DNA of 64,000 bases from an uncultured Actinomycetota bacterium (lineage in GTDB: Bacteria; Actinomycetota; Actinomycetes; Propionibacteriales; Propionibacteriaceae). The position numbers and the translations under genes are program-made. The DNA lies in contig CAWAAT010000001.1 in assembly GCA_963780175.1 (NCBI GenBank), forward strand, positions 13,928-77,927, read 5' to 3'. The notes beneath the pieces were generated by a model. The model made no database searches and was not told the origin of the DNA. It saw only the letters and a list, made by a program, of their open reading frames with translations. How positions within the stretch are numbered: position 1 is the stretch's first letter; the number at the start of each line of letters is the position of its first letter. Of the stretch, positions 61,411 to 64,000 are shown one piece after another.

Positions 61411-63054
61411 GTGACGATGGAGGTTCTGCTCGGGATCGTGGCAGTGCTGGCCGTCGGAGCACTCATCGTGCAGGGTGTCGCTTCACGGCCCCGAGCCCGA
61501 GCGGTCTCTGTGCCGGCTGAACAGGAACTTCGGGTCGTCGGCTCTGACCTGCTCGACGTGGAGCGTGACGAACTGGCCGTCGAACGTGAGCGGATGGCTG
61601 GTGAACGGGAGCAGTTGGCCGCGGAACGAGACCGATTGTCGGGTGATCGTGGCAAGCTGGCCGCAGAACGAGAGCAGTTGGCCGGCGAACGTGAGCGGCT
61701 GAGGGCCCTGGGGATTCAGCTGGCAGGTGAGCGTGACGAACTCGTGGCCCAGCGGTCGCGTTACACACAGCGCGAGGAGCGCCTCGTCGTCCGAGAGGAA
61801 CGCCTCAGTGAACTGGCTTCCGGCCTGCAACGCGACCGGGAGCGTCTGGCCGAGGATCGAGCCGGTCATGAGGTTGCCAAGGCCGAACTGAACCGACTGG
61901 TCACAGAGTCGGAGAAACAACTGGAGCGGTTGGCGGGCATCTCCGCTGCCCAGGCCCAGGCAGAAGTCCTGGCCAAAGCGGAGATCTCCGTCAAGAAGCG
62001 CGCTCAACAACTGGCGCGAGAGATCACCGAAGAGGCTGTCGGAGGCGCCGAGGCCGGCGCTCGGCGAATCATCACGACAGCCATCGAGCGAATCGCGGTC
62101 CGGCAGTCTTCCGAGGCCGTCATCTCGACGGTCGAGTTGCCGTCGGAAGACATGAAGGGCCGCATCATCGGCCGTGAGGGGCGCAACATTCGGGCCTTCG
62201 AACAGGTCACCGGAGTCACCTTGGTGGTGGACGACACCCCCGGCGTGGTGTTGCTGAGCTGTTTCGACCCGGTACGACGTGAGGTGGGCCGGCTCACCCT
62301 GACCGGTCTGGTCTCTGATGGACGCATCGACCCTGCTCGCATCGAGGAGGCGCACGAGGCTGCGTCCCGCGATGTCGAGGTGAGTTGTGTCGCCGCCGCC
62401 CAGCGGGCGATCGACGATCTTGGGCTGCAGGGCATCGATCGAGGTCTGCTGCCGACCATCGGAGCCCTCGGTTACCGCACCAGCTACGGCCAGAATGTCC
62501 TGGAGCACAGTGTGGAGTGCGCCCGGCTGGCCGGAGCAATGGCTGCCGAGATTGGCCTGGACACTGACGTGTGTCGCCGGGCGGCGTTCCTGCACGACCT
62601 GGGCAAGGCAGTCATCACCCACGGTGAGGGGTCGCATGCCTTGGAGGGTGCGGAGTTGGCGCGCCGGCTCGGTCAGCCTGACGAGGTCGTCCATGCCATT
62701 GCCGCCCACCACAACGAGGTGGCGCCGCAGACTGCGGTGGCCGTCCTGACCCAGGCTGCAGACGCGATCTCCAGTTCACGACTCGGGGCTCGCCGCGAGA
62801 GCTACGACGCCTACGTCAAGCGTCTGGAGCGCCTGGAGGAGTTGGCCACCCGGCATGAGGGTGTCGAGAAGGCTTTCGCGCTGCAGGCCGGCCGGGAAAT
62901 TCGCGTGATGGTCGTGCCTGAGATCGTGGACGACACCGCGTCCCGGCAGATGGCCCGCGAGATTGCCGACAGTATAGAGGCCGAGTTGGCCTACCCCGGC
63001 CGCATCAAGGTCACCGTCATCCGGGAGACCCGGACGGTCGAGGTAGCCCAGTAG
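61411..63054 (+). CDS. rny: ribonuclease Y
   Basis: 547 aa. N-terminal transmembrane helix. Long Ala/Glu/Arg-rich coiled coil. KH domain (GRIIGREGRNIRAFE). HD domain (HD...LHDLGK). Confidence 0.9.
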   Translation: MTMEVLLGIVAVLAVGALIVQGVASRPRARAVSVPAEQELRVVGSDLLDVERDELAVERERMAGEREQLAAERDRLSGDRGKLAAEREQLAGERERLRALGIQLAGERDELVAQRSRYTQREERLVVREERLSELASGLQRDRERLAEDRAGHEVAKAELNRLVTESEKQLERLAGISAAQAQAEVLAKAEISVKKRAQQLAREITEEAVGGAEAGARRIITTAIERIAVRQSSEAVISTVELPSEDMKGRIIGREGRNIRAFEQVTGVTLVVDDTPGVVLLSCFDPVRREVGRLTLTGLVSDGRIDPARIEEAHEAASRDVEVSCVAAAQRAIDDLGLQGIDRGLLPTIGALGYRTSYGQNVLEHSVECARLAGAMAAEIGLDTDVCRRAAFLHDLGKAVITHGEGSHALEGAELARRLGQPDEVVHAIAAHHNEVAPQTAVAVLTQAADAISSSRLGARRESYDAYVKRLERLEELATRHEGVEKAFALQAGREIRVMVVPEIVDDTASRQMAREIADSIEAELAYPGRIKVTVIRETRTVEVAQ

Positions 63055-63120
63055 CAGAGCCCGGGCCCTAGCCGGACGAAGGGCTGGCCTCCTGCGCGCG
63101 ACCACTACAGTGGATGGGCC

Positions 63121-64000
63121 ATGACTACGACGCAGACCGAATCCTCTCAGCCGCGCACTTACCAGGTCATCACCTACGGCTGCCAGATGAACGTGCACGA
63201 CTCCGAACGCATCGCCGGGCTGCTGGAGCAGTCCGGTCTGGTGGCTGCGCCCGAGCCGGTGGGCGAACTCGCCGACGCAGACGTCGTGGTGTTCAACACC
63301 TGCGCCGTTCGCGAGAACGCCGACAACCGGCTCTACGGCAACCTCGGTCACATGGCCAAGCTCAAGCGCAGGCGTCCGGGGATGCAAATCGCGGTCGGGG
63401 GGTGCATGGCCCAGAAGGACCGGGCATTGATCACCGAGAAGGCACCATGGGTTGACGTGGTGTTCGGCACCAACAACATCGGGTCGCTTCCGGTGCTTCT
63501 GGAGCGCGCACGGGTCGAACAGGCTGCTCAGGTCGAGATCGCCGAGGCGCTGGAGACCTTTCCTTCCAACCTGCCGACGCGACGTGACTCGGCCTACGCG
63601 GCCTGGGTGTCGATCAGCGTGGGCTGCAACAACACCTGCACCTTCTGCATCGTGCCCAGCCTGCGGGGCAAGGAGATCGACCGCCGTCCGGGTGACATCT
63701 TGCGTGAGATCGAGATGCTCGTGGCCGAGGGGGTCCAGGAGATCACCTTGCTCGGCCAGAACGTGAACACCTACGGTGTCGAGTTCTCCAACCGTGCGGC
63801 GTTCGCACAGTTGTTGAGGTCGTGCGGTGAGGTGGCCGGACTTGAGCGCGTCCGATTCACCAGCCCTCATCCCGCGTCATTCACCGATGACGTGATCGAG
63901 GCGATGGCGTCCACACCCAACGTCATGCCGAGTCTGCACATGCCCCTGCAATCAGGTTCCGACAAGGTTCTTCGCGACATGCGGCGCAGTTACCGCAGTG
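63121..64000 (+). CDS. miaB: tRNA-i6A37 methylthiotransferase MiaB (3' end lies outside the window)
   Basis: [11 protein letters not shown] MTTase N-domain. [11 protein letters not shown] radical SAM motif. Open to the end of the window. Confidence 0.9.
   Translation, partial: MTTTQTESSQPRTYQVITYGCQMNVHDSERIAGLLEQSGLVAAPEPVGELADADVVVFNTCAVRENADNRLYGNLGHMAKLKRRRPGMQIAVGGCMAQKDRALITEKAPWVDVVFGTNNIGSLPVLLERARVEQAAQVEIAEALETFPSNLPTRRDSAYAAWVSISVGCNNTCTFCIVPSLRGKEIDRRPGDILREIEMLVAEGVQEITLLGQNVNTYGVEFSNRAAFAQLLRSCGEVAGLERVRFTSPHPASFTDDVIEAMASTPNVMPSLHMPLQSGSDKVLRDMRRSYRS

Noticed and set aside
1-64000. CRISPR arrays, transposases, integrases, toxin-antitoxin or restriction-modification modules
   Set aside because: No direct-repeat and spacer periodicity. 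No DDE/tyrosine/serine recombinase signatures. No nuclease or methyltransferase motifs outside housekeeping genes. The DUF559 protein is an isolated Vsr-fold gene without partners.

Overview
High-GC (~70%) actinobacterial chromosomal window, almost entirely housekeeping genes. Gene order follows three conserved actinobacterial blocks laid end to end. The first runs leuS-comEA-comEC-holA-rpsT-lepA-hemW-DUF3097, then glgX, an inositol monophosphatase, a CIRCE element and hrcA-dnaJ-rsmE. A helY helicase and a frameshifted hisF follow. The second block is ilvBNC, leuB, ilvE, a CimA/LeuA-like synthase, deoA, a FAH hydrolase, a CPBP protease, tRNA-Gln and tRNA-Glu, an M23 peptidase, an IclR regulator (ltbR-like), leuCD, plsC, ddl and thiL. 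The third block is ftsK, rimO, pgsA, a cinA C-domain, clgR, a GH3 beta-glucosidase, DUF3046, an SOS box with recA-recX, rny and the start of miaB. No transposase, integrase, CRISPR array or recognisable defence system was seen.

Three things do not fit the core layout. (1) An SPFH-protein island sits between ilvC and leuB. It has an NfeD-flotillin operon facing a YdjG-like zinc-ribbon protein plus a YdjI-like SPFH protein. (2) Two tandem paralogous small membrane proteins of unknown function lie between rpsT and lepA. (3) A UxaE-like epimerase gene interrupts the comEC-holA junction.

The most striking property of the window is not a new system. It is a run of about 13 single-base frameshifts confined to the second half (26-59 kb). 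The first 26 kb has none. Twelve of the thirteen are insertions and one is a deletion. They hit hisF, nfeD, the flotillin gene (four times), the ydjG-like gene, leuB, ilvE, deoA, thiL, rimO and bglX. The likeliest cause is uncorrected indel errors in the assembly. The alternative is recent pseudogene formation; the flotillin gene with four hits is the best candidate for true decay.

Regulatory elements found: CIRCE upstream of hrcA, a LexA box upstream of recA, a terminator or attenuator hairpin upstream of ilvB, and several GC-rich terminators.
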